The notes beneath the pieces were generated by a model. That model saw only the letters and a program-made list of their open reading frames with translations. It was not told the DNA's origin and did no database searches. 64,000 bases of DNA. Source: Candidatus Latescibacterota bacterium (GTDB lineage Bacteria > Latescibacterota > UBA2968 > UBA8231). A program made the translations under genes and the position numbers. The stretch's first letter is position 1. Each line of letters starts with the position of its first letter. Below are positions 26,726 through 36,661 of this stretch, one piece after another. The DNA is taken from assembly GCA_965215195.1 (NCBI GenBank), contig CBDCDC010000002.1, forward strand, positions 4,160,001 to 4,224,000. The letters run 5' to 3'.

Positions 26726-27166
26726 TTAATCCTTTGTTTGCTCCCGACTCAGGGCCGGGTGTTGGTACGTGTAAAGGAACCCGACTAGTCCTAGCTGAAC
26801 CAGTGCCCCGGGTGCCAACGCCGGCATAGCGCCGCCCAACGCCTTAGACAGCAGTTCCAACCCAGTCAGCGTCGGGTACATCTCCAATTCAAACTCCATG
26901 TTGGCACTAAGGTGAAACCAGAAGCCGACCATGCCGCCTAAGGCGAAAGTTAGCATGGTCAAGCGGAATAGGCGCAGAATGACCCTGCCTCGGTAGAGGA
27001 GCCGCGCCGCCAACAAAACCAACCCAAACGCCAACAAGGCCAAGGGCACCTGTTGACGCCATTCTTCAAAGTGCCCGAGCAGCAGCAATTCGGTGCCTAG
27101 TCCCACAGTTCCTATGACAAAAATCAGCAGGAGACCTCGCCGCAAGGTCGCATGAGCTCTATCCAC
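26726..27166 (-). CDS. Small integral membrane protein (about 4 TM)
   Basis: Four hydrophobic segments, ELLLLGH.E, P.LAPG. Ends 3 bp before the HhH gene start. Confidence 0.7.
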   Translation of the reverse strand: MDRAHATLRRGLLLIFVIGTVGLGTELLLLGHFEEWRQQVPLALLAFGLVLLAARLLYRGRVILRLFRLTMLTFALGGMVGFWFHLSANMEFELEMYPTLTGLELLSKALGGAMPALAPGALVQLGLVGFLYTYQHPALSREQTKD

Positions 27167-27178
27167 GAAAGTTTACAC

Positions 27179-27280
27179 CTATGACTCCAATTGAGCCGTG
27201 CCGTTCAATGTTTGGTTGAAGAAACTAATTGTGCGTTCCCAAGCCAGTTTGGCTGCTGCTTCGTCTCGCTTGGGGGTGAT
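27179..27280 (-). pseudogene. Dienelactone hydrolase C-terminal remnant
   Basis: TPKRDEAAAKLAWERTISFF-like terminal helix with no upstream gene body. Confidence 0.65.
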
Positions 27281-27295
27281 GCGGTGGGCGCGCTC

Positions 27296-27811
27296 TCACA
27301 CCATTTCCTCGACCAAGGCCTGGCTGGCCGGATCTAGATGCCGGTAGTCGGGAATTTCGTAGCGGTTGCCGTCGGCGTCTTGTATTGCGACTCGCCCGCC
27401 GCCCAAAAGGCGGACATCGCTATTTCGGTGGCTGGAATAGATGTCAAAGGTGCGCGGTCCTCGGTCGGTCTCTACCTCCCAGCGCGGCACTCGGTTGGCC
27501 ACGGTCACCCTGGCGATGCGCTGGATGCGCGGCGTGAAATAGGCCCGCTCCAACTCGTCTTCCACGGCTTGGCGGCTGGCCCGATCTAGCGCATCGAGCC
27601 GGGCGAGCGAGCCAATCTCCTTGCCCTCGCGGTCTTGGACGACGATAAAGCAATCGTCGCAGGTGAGGGGAAAAGCCCGTTTGACCCGGACCCTCGGATA
27701 GGTGCGGTCCCCGGCTAACTCCAAGTTCAGGTCTTCGAAAGCATCGACGAAAAAACGCGCTTTATCCGGGTCGAGATAGGCGACTTCAGCAGCTAACTTA
27801 CGGCGCTGCAT
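27296..27811 (-). CDS. DUF1854 family protein
   Basis: RAFPLT, EIG, YF.P.I.RI, WEVETDRG, D.DGNRY.I.D. Follows its ABC transporter. Confidence 0.82.
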   Translation of the reverse strand: MQRRKLAAEVAYLDPDKARFFVDAFEDLNLELAGDRTYPRVRVKRAFPLTCDDCFIVVQDREGKEIGSLARLDALDRASRQAVEDELERAYFTPRIQRIARVTVANRVPRWEVETDRGPRTFDIYSSHRNSDVRLLGGGRVAIQDADGNRYEIPDYRHLDPASQALVEEMV

Positions 27812-27815
27812 AATG

Positions 27816-30140
27816 TTACCAAGCCCTCAGTTTGGACATTTCGGTTTGCATGCGGCACAGATGCGCGTAGATGCCATCTTGCGCAATCAGCTCGTCGTGG
27901 GTGCCTATTTCGGCGAGTTTGCCCTTGTCGAGGATGAGCAGGCGATGGGCGTTTTTGAGGGTGGATAAGCGGTGGGCAATGGCAAAGGTGGTGCGCCCTT
28001 GGACCAGCCGCTCTAGGGCTTCCTGAATCTGCGCTTCGGTCTGGGTATCGACGTTGGAGGTGGCTTCGTCGAGGATGAGAATGCGCGGGTCGCGCAAAAT
28101 GGCCCGGGCAATGGACAGCCGCTGCCGCTCGCCCCCAGACACGCGGGTGCCGCGCTCGCCGACCAAGGTATCGTACCCGTCGGGCATGTTCATGATGAAG
28201 TCGTGCGCATTGGCGGCCTTGGCCGCGGCCACGATTTGTTCGAGGGAAGCGGCGGGATGGCCGTAGGCAATGTTCTCGGCCACGGTGCCGTTGAAGAGAA
28301 AGGGGTCCTGCAAGACCACGCCGATTTGCTCGCGCAGCGATTGGAGGTTCACTTGGCGGGTGTCGCGGCCGTCGACGAGGATGGTGCCCGCCTGCGGCTC
28401 GTAGAAGCGGCAGATGAGGTTGATCAAGGTGCTCTTGCCCGCGCCGCTGTGGCCGGCCAAGCCGATCATTTCGCCCGGCTCAACCGCGAAATTCAAATCC
28501 TCAATGACCGGCTTGTCTTCCTCATAGCCAAAGTGGACGCCGCGAAATTCGACTCGGCCCGCGATGGGCGGCATGAGCACCGCGCCGGGCTGGTCGATCA
28601 CCTCCGGGTGCGTATCGAGCACGTCAAAGACGCGCTCGGCCGAGGTGGCGGCGCGCTGGAAGCGGTGGTTGAGGCGGCACAAGTTCTCCACCGGCCCGTA
28701 AAAGCGATACATGTAACTGGTAAAGGCGACAAAGGCCCCCAACGTCAGCTCCCCGGCCAAGATGTCGCGGCCGCCGACCCACCAGATGATGATGGTGCCG
28801 ATGGAGGTTATAAAGGCCATGACCGGGCCGAACAGGCTGCGCATCCACGCCACCCGCAGTTCGCCTTGCAGCAGGTCTAGGCTGCGGCCCTTGAACTTGC
28901 CCACTTCCCGCTGTTCTTGGGCAAATGCCTTGACCACGCGCACCCCCGGGATGGTATCGGCCAGCAGGGCACTCAGGCCGGCCCAGCGACGCCACAACGG
29001 CCGGTATATGGCGTGTAGCCGCCGGCCAAAGCGCAGGGTCGCCCACACCAACAGGGGCGTCGGCAGCAGCACGAGAGCTGCTAGCCCGGGATTGAGCGCA
29101 AAGAGGATGATGCAAATGATGACCAAGGTGAGCACATCGCGGATGGCTTCTTGCAGACCGTCGCCGATAAAATCCTGCAAGCGGCCCACGTCTTGGGTGA
29201 CGCTGGCCATAATGCGCCCGGTCTCGTTTTTGTTGTAATAACTAAGCGACAGCGCGTGGAGATGGGTGTACACCTCGTTGCGCAGGCCGTAGGTGACGCG
29301 CTGGCCAATGCGAGCCATGATATAGCTGCGCAGACCCGACAAGACGCTGACGGTGAGGTTCATCGCTATTAACAAGCCCACCAGCCATGTCAGCGCAGCG
29401 ACTGGATCGTCCTTGGACACGGGCAAAAGAGATAGCAGATCAAAGCGCACCCCAACGTCCATAGAAGAAGGGGCACCGGCATTTAAGACATCGTCGATGA
29501 GAACGCTCATCAGCAGCGGCTGGCCCAAGCCAATGGTCGTGGCCACCACCATGAGCAACAGGCTCAGGGCAATGAGCCGCCAATGCGGCTGGGCATAGCC
29601 CAACAGCCGGAACAGTAGCTTGCCCTTTTCCAGACAGGCCGGGCATACTCCGTAGTAGCGCGGAATGACTTGGCCGCAGCGGTCGCAGCGCTTGCGCCCG
29701 GCCCGCGCCCCGGCCAACCGCCCGTGCAGCACTTGGCCCTCGGCCTCGGTTGAGCGGGCTTGCTTGACTAGGCGCTCGACCTGATTGGGCAATTCGGACA
29801 GGGCCGGCACCAAGCTCTTGGAGAATACGGCCATGGTCGCGCCCCGCTCTGCGGTGCGCACCTTGAGGGCCGCAGTCCCCCAATCCTCGCGCACCTCCAC
29901 CCCGTTTATTTGGTTCAGGGGCAGACAGACCATATCGGGCGGGCCCCCGCTGTCCGGGCTGAAGGCCACTAGATGGTCGTCGGTGGCCATCAGCCACGCC
30001 TCGCCGTACTGGCCGTCGAGCTTGATATCGGTAGTTACTGCCAAGCGGAGCTCTTCGTCCGGGCCTACTACCTCGGCCAGTTCGCGTCGCACCTGCGGCG
30101 GCACGGCCTTTTTTGCCGTGTTGCGTTCAATCTCTTGCAT
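27816..30140 (-). CDS. ABC transporter, fused permease/ATPase with N-terminal extension and CxxC..CxxC (DUF1854-associated type)
   Basis: GHSGAGKST, VSGGERQR, LILDEATS. CDRC...CPAC precedes the TM domain. Confidence 0.9.
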   Translation of the reverse strand: MQEIERNTAKKAVPPQVRRELAEVVGPDEELRLAVTTDIKLDGQYGEAWLMATDDHLVAFSPDSGGPPDMVCLPLNQINGVEVREDWGTAALKVRTAERGATMAVFSKSLVPALSELPNQVERLVKQARSTEAEGQVLHGRLAGARAGRKRCDRCGQVIPRYYGVCPACLEKGKLLFRLLGYAQPHWRLIALSLLLMVVATTIGLGQPLLMSVLIDDVLNAGAPSSMDVGVRFDLLSLLPVSKDDPVAALTWLVGLLIAMNLTVSVLSGLRSYIMARIGQRVTYGLRNEVYTHLHALSLSYYNKNETGRIMASVTQDVGRLQDFIGDGLQEAIRDVLTLVIICIILFALNPGLAALVLLPTPLLVWATLRFGRRLHAIYRPLWRRWAGLSALLADTIPGVRVVKAFAQEQREVGKFKGRSLDLLQGELRVAWMRSLFGPVMAFITSIGTIIIWWVGGRDILAGELTLGAFVAFTSYMYRFYGPVENLCRLNHRFQRAATSAERVFDVLDTHPEVIDQPGAVLMPPIAGRVEFRGVHFGYEEDKPVIEDLNFAVEPGEMIGLAGHSGAGKSTLINLICRFYEPQAGTILVDGRDTRQVNLQSLREQIGVVLQDPFLFNGTVAENIAYGHPAASLEQIVAAAKAANAHDFIMNMPDGYDTLVGERGTRVSGGERQRLSIARAILRDPRILILDEATSNVDTQTEAQIQEALERLVQGRTTFAIAHRLSTLKNAHRLLILDKGKLAEIGTHDELIAQDGIYAHLCRMQTEMSKLRAW

Positions 30141-30189
30141 GGATTTGCCCCGTACAACGCGACACCAGATTTGCGTCGGTGCGTTGGAT

Positions 30190-33100
30190 TTACCGCGCAC
30201 TGAGCTCGTCCAAGTGCGCGGTCGGTAGGTTGGGAGGGCCGCCCCGGGCCATTTTGTGCGATGTGCGGACTACGCGCTTGCACCACAGGGCCAGATCGTC
30301 CAACAGCGAATAGAGCGTTGGGGCCAGCATCAAGGTCAGCACCGTTGAGGTGGCCAAGCCGCTGGCTACGACCAAGCCCACCGGCCCCCAGCGGCGGGCA
30401 AAACCCTCGGACGTGCCATAGACCATCGGCAGCACGATCGGCATCAGGTTGAGGATGGTGGTAAAGGCGGTCATCAGGATGGGCCGGAGCCGGTGCTGGC
30501 CGCCGAGGCAGATCGCCGCGCGCCGCGACAGCCCGCTCGCCCGCAGGTGGTTGATATGGGCGATCAGCACGATGCCGTTGTTGACGACAATGCCGAAGAG
30601 GATCAAAAGCCCCAAGGCACCGTTGTTGTCAAAGGGGACGTCGAGGACGTATAGCCCCAAGGCCACGCCGATCAAGGAGAAGGGGATGGCGAGTATGATG
30701 GTGAAGGGGTGGATCAGGGATTCGAAGAGCGAGGCCATGATTAGGTAGATCAACAGCACGGCAAAAATGGCGGCGAAGTTGTTGTCGCTGGCCTCCTCCT
30801 GCTCCCAGCGCGCTGCCCGGCCCAAATCCCAGCTATAGCCGGGGGGCAACTGCATTCCTTCCATCATCTCGCTGATCGGTTCCATCAGGGTGCGGGCTAC
30901 ATGGCGGTTTTCAGTGTTGGCGAAGACGGTGACGTTGAGGACCCGATTCTCGCGCCTGAGATCGCGGGGGCCGCGGCCAAGCTCGAAGTCGGCCAGCGAC
31001 GCGAGCTGAACCGAGCTGCCGTCGCGGGTCTCGTAGCGGCTGTTTTTGAGCTGGTCGAGGGAGGTGCGGTCGCCTTCGTTGAGCTGCATGACGATGTCGA
31101 TTTCGCGGTCGTCGCTCTTGAAGCCGCTGGTGCGGCGGGTGCCCAAGGCCGCGGAAATGCCTTGGGCCACCTCGCGCGGCGACAGCCCATAGCCGAGTGC
31201 CTCGGCGCGGTTGATCTCGACGCGGACTTCGTCTTCGCCATCTTCGAGGCTGCTATCGACGTCTTGGACCCCGGGTAGCTGTTCGAGACCGGCTTTGACG
31301 TCTTCCATTAGCACGGCTAAGACTTCTGGGTCGCGGCCGTGGAGCTGGACTTCGACGCCGAGTTGGTTGCCGGTCCAACTGCGCGAGCGGCCCATTTTGT
31401 ACGTGTAGCCCACTTTCTCTGGCAGCAGTTCCTTGATTGCATTGCCGGCCTCCATGGTCGAGAGCTGGCCCTCGTCGGCATCGACGAGATAGGCGCGGAT
31501 GCTGCCGCGGCGCTGGCCGAAGCGCGTCATGAGCGATTGCAGGTCGAGCGAGTCTTTTTTTGCCAAAATGATGTCTTCGATCTGCTCGAAGTGTGCGCGG
31601 ATCTCGTCGAGGCTGTAGCTGCGGTCGATGACCACCGTCATATCCACCCGGCGCTCCGGGGTCCAGGGGGTGCCGCGCTGCTCAATCTGGTTGTAGAGGT
31701 AATAGCCGGTGCCGGTCAGGGCCACCGTGGCCAGCAGCGCGACCCAGCGGTGGTCGAGCGTCCAGTTGAGCAAGCGGCCATACGAGGCGCGCAGGCCGTG
31801 GCGCGAGCAGTACCAGCCGAGCGCGGCCCCGGCCAGCGCAGTGAGCGCACAGCCGAGAATGGTCTGCCACTGCATTCCGCCGATTGAGGCGGCGATCAGC
31901 CCAGACCAGCGGTCCCACCAAGCCTGCAAGCCGCTCCAGCCAAGGTCGCTGATCTGCCAGTAGGCAATGCCCACCACGACTGCGACGACCAGCAGCTTGA
32001 GCCAGCGGTCGAAGCGCTCAACCCCGGCGCGAAGCAGCCGCGAGGACACCAGCGGAATTAGCGACAACGAGACGATCATCGACACCATCACGGCGAGGCA
32101 TATCGCGATCCCGGCGTCCTTCATCCACGCGGCCGAGCGGCCATCGGAGAGGAAGAAGAAGGGCACGAAGACGCAGATCGTCGTCAGGGCCGAGGCTAGC
32201 ACGGCCATGCCGACTTCGCGGCTGCCCACGTGAGCGGCCTCATCGGCGTCGAGCCCGTCTTCTTGACGGCGGCGGAAGATGCTTTCTAGCACCACTACCG
32301 CCGGATCGACCAACATCCCCACCGCCAGCATCAGCCCCATCATCGAGACCATATTGAGGGTGATGGTTGATTCAAAAACCTCGCGGGCGACGTACATGCC
32401 GATAAAGACGCACAGCGCCGAGGTGGGGATGGCGAGGGCGATGACGATGGTCGAGCGGATGTTGCGCAGGAAGAGGAAGATGATAGTCATCGCCAAAAAC
32501 GCGCCCAGCAGGGCCGAGTTGACGAGCATACCCGCTTCTTTGAGCACGGCCTCGGCGCGATTGCGGTCGATGAAAATTCCGAGTTCGCCATCGTATTCGT
32601 CCTCAATCGCCTGTAACTCGGCGACGACGGCCTCGCCGACATCGACGACATTGGCGGTGGAGGCTTTGAAAATTTCTAGCTCCAGCGCATCGGTGCCGTT
32701 GAGCCGCTCGTAGCGGCGCTTTTCGGGGTAGCCGTAGTTGATCTCGCCGATGTCGCTGAGGCGGAACTGACCGCCCATAAGCGGCATGGAGGCAATTTCC
32801 TCAGCGCGGGTGAACTCGCCGATGGCGCGGGCCATGTAGCGCTGGTCGCCGTCCATGACCCGACCCAGCGAGATGTTGGTGTTGTTCTCGTTGAGCTGCC
32901 AGCCGAGCGAGCCCAGCGATATGTTGTGGGTCTGCAAGCGCTCCTGGTCCAGCTCGACGATGAGCTGTTTTTCCTCAAAGTCGTCGATGACCACGTTGAC
33001 GACGCCATTGAGCCGCAACAGCCGTGGCTCAATGACCTTCTGGATTAGGTCGAGCAGGCGGTCGCCGTCGCCGCGCCACGCCAGATTGGCGTCTATAATG

Positions 33101-33510
33101 GCGCGCTGGTCGGACTGCCAGCGGCGCAGGCTGACGCGATCGACGTCTGAGGGCAGGAGGGCGCGGGCTTGGTCGAGTTTTTCGCGCATTTCCATGTTGG
33201 CCAAGTCCATGTCGGTGCCGGCCTTGAAGTCAACGCGCACCTCGCCCTGATTGCGCCCCGAGCTCGAACTGATGCGGTCGATGTTGTTGAGTGTGCCCAG
33301 CGTCTGCTCCAGCGGCAGGACTACCAAGCGCTCGATCTCTTCGGGGGAGTTGTTGTTGTACTGGACGCGGGCCGTGATCCCAGAAGAGGAAATGCTCGGC
33401 AACTGCTCTATGGGCAGGCGGTCTAAGGCGACCACACCTACTACCAAGGCGCAGACGGTAATCATCAACGTGGTCACGGGCCGTTTGAGCGAAAATTCCG
33501 ACAGGTTCAT
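30190..33510 (-). CDS. RND efflux permease (AcrB family), subunit 2
   Basis: SLKRPVTT, GMLVDPAVVVLE, GIVVNNGI, RLRPILMT. Confidence 0.92.
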   Translation of the reverse strand: MNLSEFSLKRPVTTLMITVCALVVGVVALDRLPIEQLPSISSSGITARVQYNNNSPEEIERLVVLPLEQTLGTLNNIDRISSSSGRNQGEVRVDFKAGTDMDLANMEMREKLDQARALLPSDVDRVSLRRWQSDQRAIIDANLAWRGDGDRLLDLIQKVIEPRLLRLNGVVNVVIDDFEEKQLIVELDQERLQTHNISLGSLGWQLNENNTNISLGRVMDGDQRYMARAIGEFTRAEEIASMPLMGGQFRLSDIGEINYGYPEKRRYERLNGTDALELEIFKASTANVVDVGEAVVAELQAIEDEYDGELGIFIDRNRAEAVLKEAGMLVNSALLGAFLAMTIIFLFLRNIRSTIVIALAIPTSALCVFIGMYVAREVFESTITLNMVSMMGLMLAVGMLVDPAVVVLESIFRRRQEDGLDADEAAHVGSREVGMAVLASALTTICVFVPFFFLSDGRSAAWMKDAGIAICLAVMVSMIVSLSLIPLVSSRLLRAGVERFDRWLKLLVVAVVVGIAYWQISDLGWSGLQAWWDRWSGLIAASIGGMQWQTILGCALTALAGAALGWYCSRHGLRASYGRLLNWTLDHRWVALLATVALTGTGYYLYNQIEQRGTPWTPERRVDMTVVIDRSYSLDEIRAHFEQIEDIILAKKDSLDLQSLMTRFGQRRGSIRAYLVDADEGQLSTMEAGNAIKELLPEKVGYTYKMGRSRSWTGNQLGVEVQLHGRDPEVLAVLMEDVKAGLEQLPGVQDVDSSLEDGEDEVRVEINRAEALGYGLSPREVAQGISAALGTRRTSGFKSDDREIDIVMQLNEGDRTSLDQLKNSRYETRDGSSVQLASLADFELGRGPRDLRRENRVLNVTVFANTENRHVARTLMEPISEMMEGMQLPPGYSWDLGRAARWEQEEASDNNFAAIFAVLLIYLIMASLFESLIHPFTIILAIPFSLIGVALGLYVLDVPFDNNGALGLLILFGIVVNNGIVLIAHINHLRASGLSRRAAICLGGQHRLRPILMTAFTTILNLMPIVLPMVYGTSEGFARRWGPVGLVVASGLATSTVLTLMLAPTLYSLLDDLALWCKRVVRTSHKMARGGPPNLPTAHLDELSAR

Positions 33511-33520
33511 AACCAACCTC

Positions 33521-36500
33521 CTAAGTGCTGCGATCCATCAGGGTATAGACCACGGGAATGAGCACCAAGGTCAGCAGGGTGGATACCAACAGCCCGCCGA
33601 TGACGGTAATGGCCATGGGTGCGCGGATCTCGGCCCCCTCGCCCAGCCCCAAGGCCATGGGCAACAGCCCGAGAGCGGTGGTTGAGGTCGTCATCAGAAT
33701 GGGCCGGAAGCGCACCTCGCCAGCGCGCAACACCGCGGCGAATTTTTCCATGCCCTCGTCGCGGCGCAGGCGGTTGATGTAATCGACGAGCACGATGGCG
33801 TTGTTGACGACGATGCCAGCGAGCATGATCAGGCCAATGAGCACTACTACGCTGATGGTGGTGCCGGTCGCGAGCAGGCCGAGGGCGCTGCCGATCAGGC
33901 CGAGGGGGATGGTGAACATGATGACCAGCGGGTGCAACAGCGATTCAAATTGCGAGGCCATCACCAGATAGACCAAGAATACGGCCAATAGCAGGGCGAA
34001 TTTCATGCTGTCAAAGGAGCGCACCATTTCCTCGTTCTGGCCGCCGATCGACACGGTGAAGCCCTCGGGCAGGGGCAAGTCGGCGAGGGTGGTTTCGATC
34101 TCCTCTGCTACGCCGCCGAGGTCGCGCCCATCGAGGTTGGCCGAGATGACCGCGACGCGCTCTTGGTCGAGGCGGCGGATCTCGGCGGGGCCGTCCACGG
34201 CTTGCACGTCGGCGACCGATTCGAGCGCGACCGGCACCGGGTAGGAGGCCGGGCTGACGACCATCTGCTTGAGGTCGGCGACGGTCTGGCGCTCCTCCTC
34301 GAGCGAGCGGACCCGGATATCGACCTTGCGGTCGCGGCGCGCCAGCTCGGTGGCCACGTCGCCTTGCAGTTTGTTGCGCAACAGCTCGCCGATATTCTGC
34401 ACGGTAGTGCCCAACTCGGCGACGCGCCGGCGGTCGAAGAAAATTTGGATTTCGGGTTGGCCGCCGGCCGTGCTCGAGCGGATGTCGGTCAGCCCGGGAA
34501 TGGTGTGCATGCGCTCGACCGCTTCGTCGGCCAACAGATCGAGGGTGCTTAGACTGTAGCCGCTGATTTCCACCTCTATCGGGGTGCGGAAGGAAAAATA
34601 CGTCGGCCGCGAGAATTTGAACTTCAGTTCGGGGATGCGCCCGAGGAGGCCGCGCACCGCTTCGATGGCTGCGTCTTCGCCGACTTCCGGCGCGAGCCGC
34701 ACGTGGAGGTGAGCGGTGTGTTCCTTTTTATCCGCGGCCGTGCCGCCGGCTTGGGCACTGCTGCCGACGAGGGCAAAGACCGAGGCGATGCCATCGAGAC
34801 TGCGGACCTGCCGGTCAATGGCGGCGACTTGGGCGGCGGTCTGCTCCAGCGGGGTGCCAGCGCGCCATTCCAAATCCACGAGGAATTCGCCCTGGCTCAT
34901 CTCTGGGATCAGCTCTAGCCCGAGGCCGCGCGCCCGCTCGAAAACCAAGGCCCCCAGCGCGATAAAGACGGCGAGGACCAGCAAGCGGCGGCCCAGTGCC
35001 CAGCGCAAAAGGAGCGGATACGCTTTGTTGAGCGCGTTGAAGACGAGGTCGAACAGCCAGTACAGGGGAAAAAGCAGGGTGGAGAAGACGCGACCGATGC
35101 CGCGCGCTAGGGCGCGGATCAGCCGAATGAGCAGCGCGGGGCCTTGGAGTCCGCGTTTGGGACCGATCTCTTCCCGCTCGGCAATCATGCGCTCGAGGCT
35201 CAGCGACGAGAGCATGGGGATTAGCATCAAGGCGACCACGAGGGAGGCGACCAGCGAATAGGTGACGGTCAGGGCCTGATCGCGGAAGAGCTGGCCGGCA
35301 ACGCCCTCGACGAAGACGATGGGCAAAAACACGCAGATGGTGGTGGTGGTGGCGGCGATGACGGCGCGGCCGACCTCGCTGGCACCGCGCACGGCCGCGG
35401 CTAAGACATTGAGCCCTTGGTCGCGGTAGCGCTGCACGCTTTCCAAGACCACAATGGAGTTGTCAACCAGCATTCCGACTCCCAAAGCCAGCCCGCCCAG
35501 CGACATGATGTTGAGGCTCACGTCCGAGCCGAACATCAGGAAAAAGGTCGCCACCACCGAGAGGGGGATCGAGAGGCCGATGATGGCCGTACTTTTGAGG
35601 TCGCGGAGGAAGAGGAAGAGCACGATGACGGCGAGGATGCCGCCGAGGATGGCGGTGTTGAGTACCTCGTCGACGGCCTGCTGGATAAAGGTCGCCTGAT
35701 TGAAGACCACTTCCATGCCGCTGTCTTGGAGTAGCGTGACATTCTCGGCGAGAAATTCGTCCAAGCGTTCTTGGACCGCGGTGCTGACTTGAACGGTGTT
35801 GGCGTCGCCCTCCTTGAAGACCGAGACCTCGACGCCCTCGCGCCCATTGATGCGGGTGACGAGGTCGCGCTCGCGGTGGCCGCGGAAGACGCGACCCACG
35901 TCCTTGAGCTTGATCGGCGCACGGTCGATCTGACCGACGACGATTTCGCCTATTTCGTCAATGCCTTGGAACTCGTTGAGGGTGCGGACGAGGAACTCGG
36001 CCTCGCCATCCTTGAGCATCCCGCCGGTCAGGTTGACGTTTTCCGCGGCGAGGCGACTGGTGACTTGGCTAATGGAGATGCCGAGGTAGGCGAGGCGCTG
36101 GGCTTCGACCTCGACTTGAATTTCTTCTTCTAGGCCGCCGTTGATTCGGACCGCGGCTACGCCTTCGAGGCTTTCGAGGTCGGGACGCAGCCGCTCTTCG
36201 GCGACGCGCCGCATCTCCATCAGGCTCAACTTGCCGTAAAACGCCAAGCGCATTATGGGGTCGAGTGAGGGGTCGAAGCGCAAGAGGATGGGCTTGCTGG
36301 CGTCGCGCGGGAGGTTGGACAAATCGAGCTTTTCGCGGATGTCGAGCGAAGCAAAGTCCATGTTGGTGCCCCAGCCGAACTCTACTACCACATCGGAGAT
36401 GCCCGGCCGCGAAATCGACGAGACGCGGACCACGTTGCTGACCACGCCGACCAAGCCCTCGACCGGCTCGGAAATGAGGCGCTCGATTTCGAGGGGTGCC

Positions 36501-36661
36501 ACGCCCTCGTATTCGGTGCGGACGGTGATGGTGGGATAGGTGATGTCCGGGAGGAGGTTGACTGCGAGGCGCGAAAAACCCACGCCGCCAAAGGCGATGA
36601 TCGCCACCATCAGCATCGCCACTGTGACGCGGCGGCGAGTGGAAAACTCGACTAGTTTCAC
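33521..36661 (-). CDS. RND efflux permease (AcrB family), subunit 1
   Basis: GMLVDNSIVVLE, GIVVNNAI, RFRPILMT. Confidence 0.93.
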   Translation of the reverse strand: MKLVEFSTRRRVTVAMLMVAIIAFGGVGFSRLAVNLLPDITYPTITVRTEYEGVAPLEIERLISEPVEGLVGVVSNVVRVSSISRPGISDVVVEFGWGTNMDFASLDIREKLDLSNLPRDASKPILLRFDPSLDPIMRLAFYGKLSLMEMRRVAEERLRPDLESLEGVAAVRINGGLEEEIQVEVEAQRLAYLGISISQVTSRLAAENVNLTGGMLKDGEAEFLVRTLNEFQGIDEIGEIVVGQIDRAPIKLKDVGRVFRGHRERDLVTRINGREGVEVSVFKEGDANTVQVSTAVQERLDEFLAENVTLLQDSGMEVVFNQATFIQQAVDEVLNTAILGGILAVIVLFLFLRDLKSTAIIGLSIPLSVVATFFLMFGSDVSLNIMSLGGLALGVGMLVDNSIVVLESVQRYRDQGLNVLAAAVRGASEVGRAVIAATTTTICVFLPIVFVEGVAGQLFRDQALTVTYSLVASLVVALMLIPMLSSLSLERMIAEREEIGPKRGLQGPALLIRLIRALARGIGRVFSTLLFPLYWLFDLVFNALNKAYPLLLRWALGRRLLVLAVFIALGALVFERARGLGLELIPEMSQGEFLVDLEWRAGTPLEQTAAQVAAIDRQVRSLDGIASVFALVGSSAQAGGTAADKKEHTAHLHVRLAPEVGEDAAIEAVRGLLGRIPELKFKFSRPTYFSFRTPIEVEISGYSLSTLDLLADEAVERMHTIPGLTDIRSSTAGGQPEIQIFFDRRRVAELGTTVQNIGELLRNKLQGDVATELARRDRKVDIRVRSLEEERQTVADLKQMVVSPASYPVPVALESVADVQAVDGPAEIRRLDQERVAVISANLDGRDLGGVAEEIETTLADLPLPEGFTVSIGGQNEEMVRSFDSMKFALLLAVFLVYLVMASQFESLLHPLVIMFTIPLGLIGSALGLLATGTTISVVVLIGLIMLAGIVVNNAIVLVDYINRLRRDEGMEKFAAVLRAGEVRFRPILMTTSTTALGLLPMALGLGEGAEIRAPMAITVIGGLLVSTLLTLVLIPVVYTLMDRST

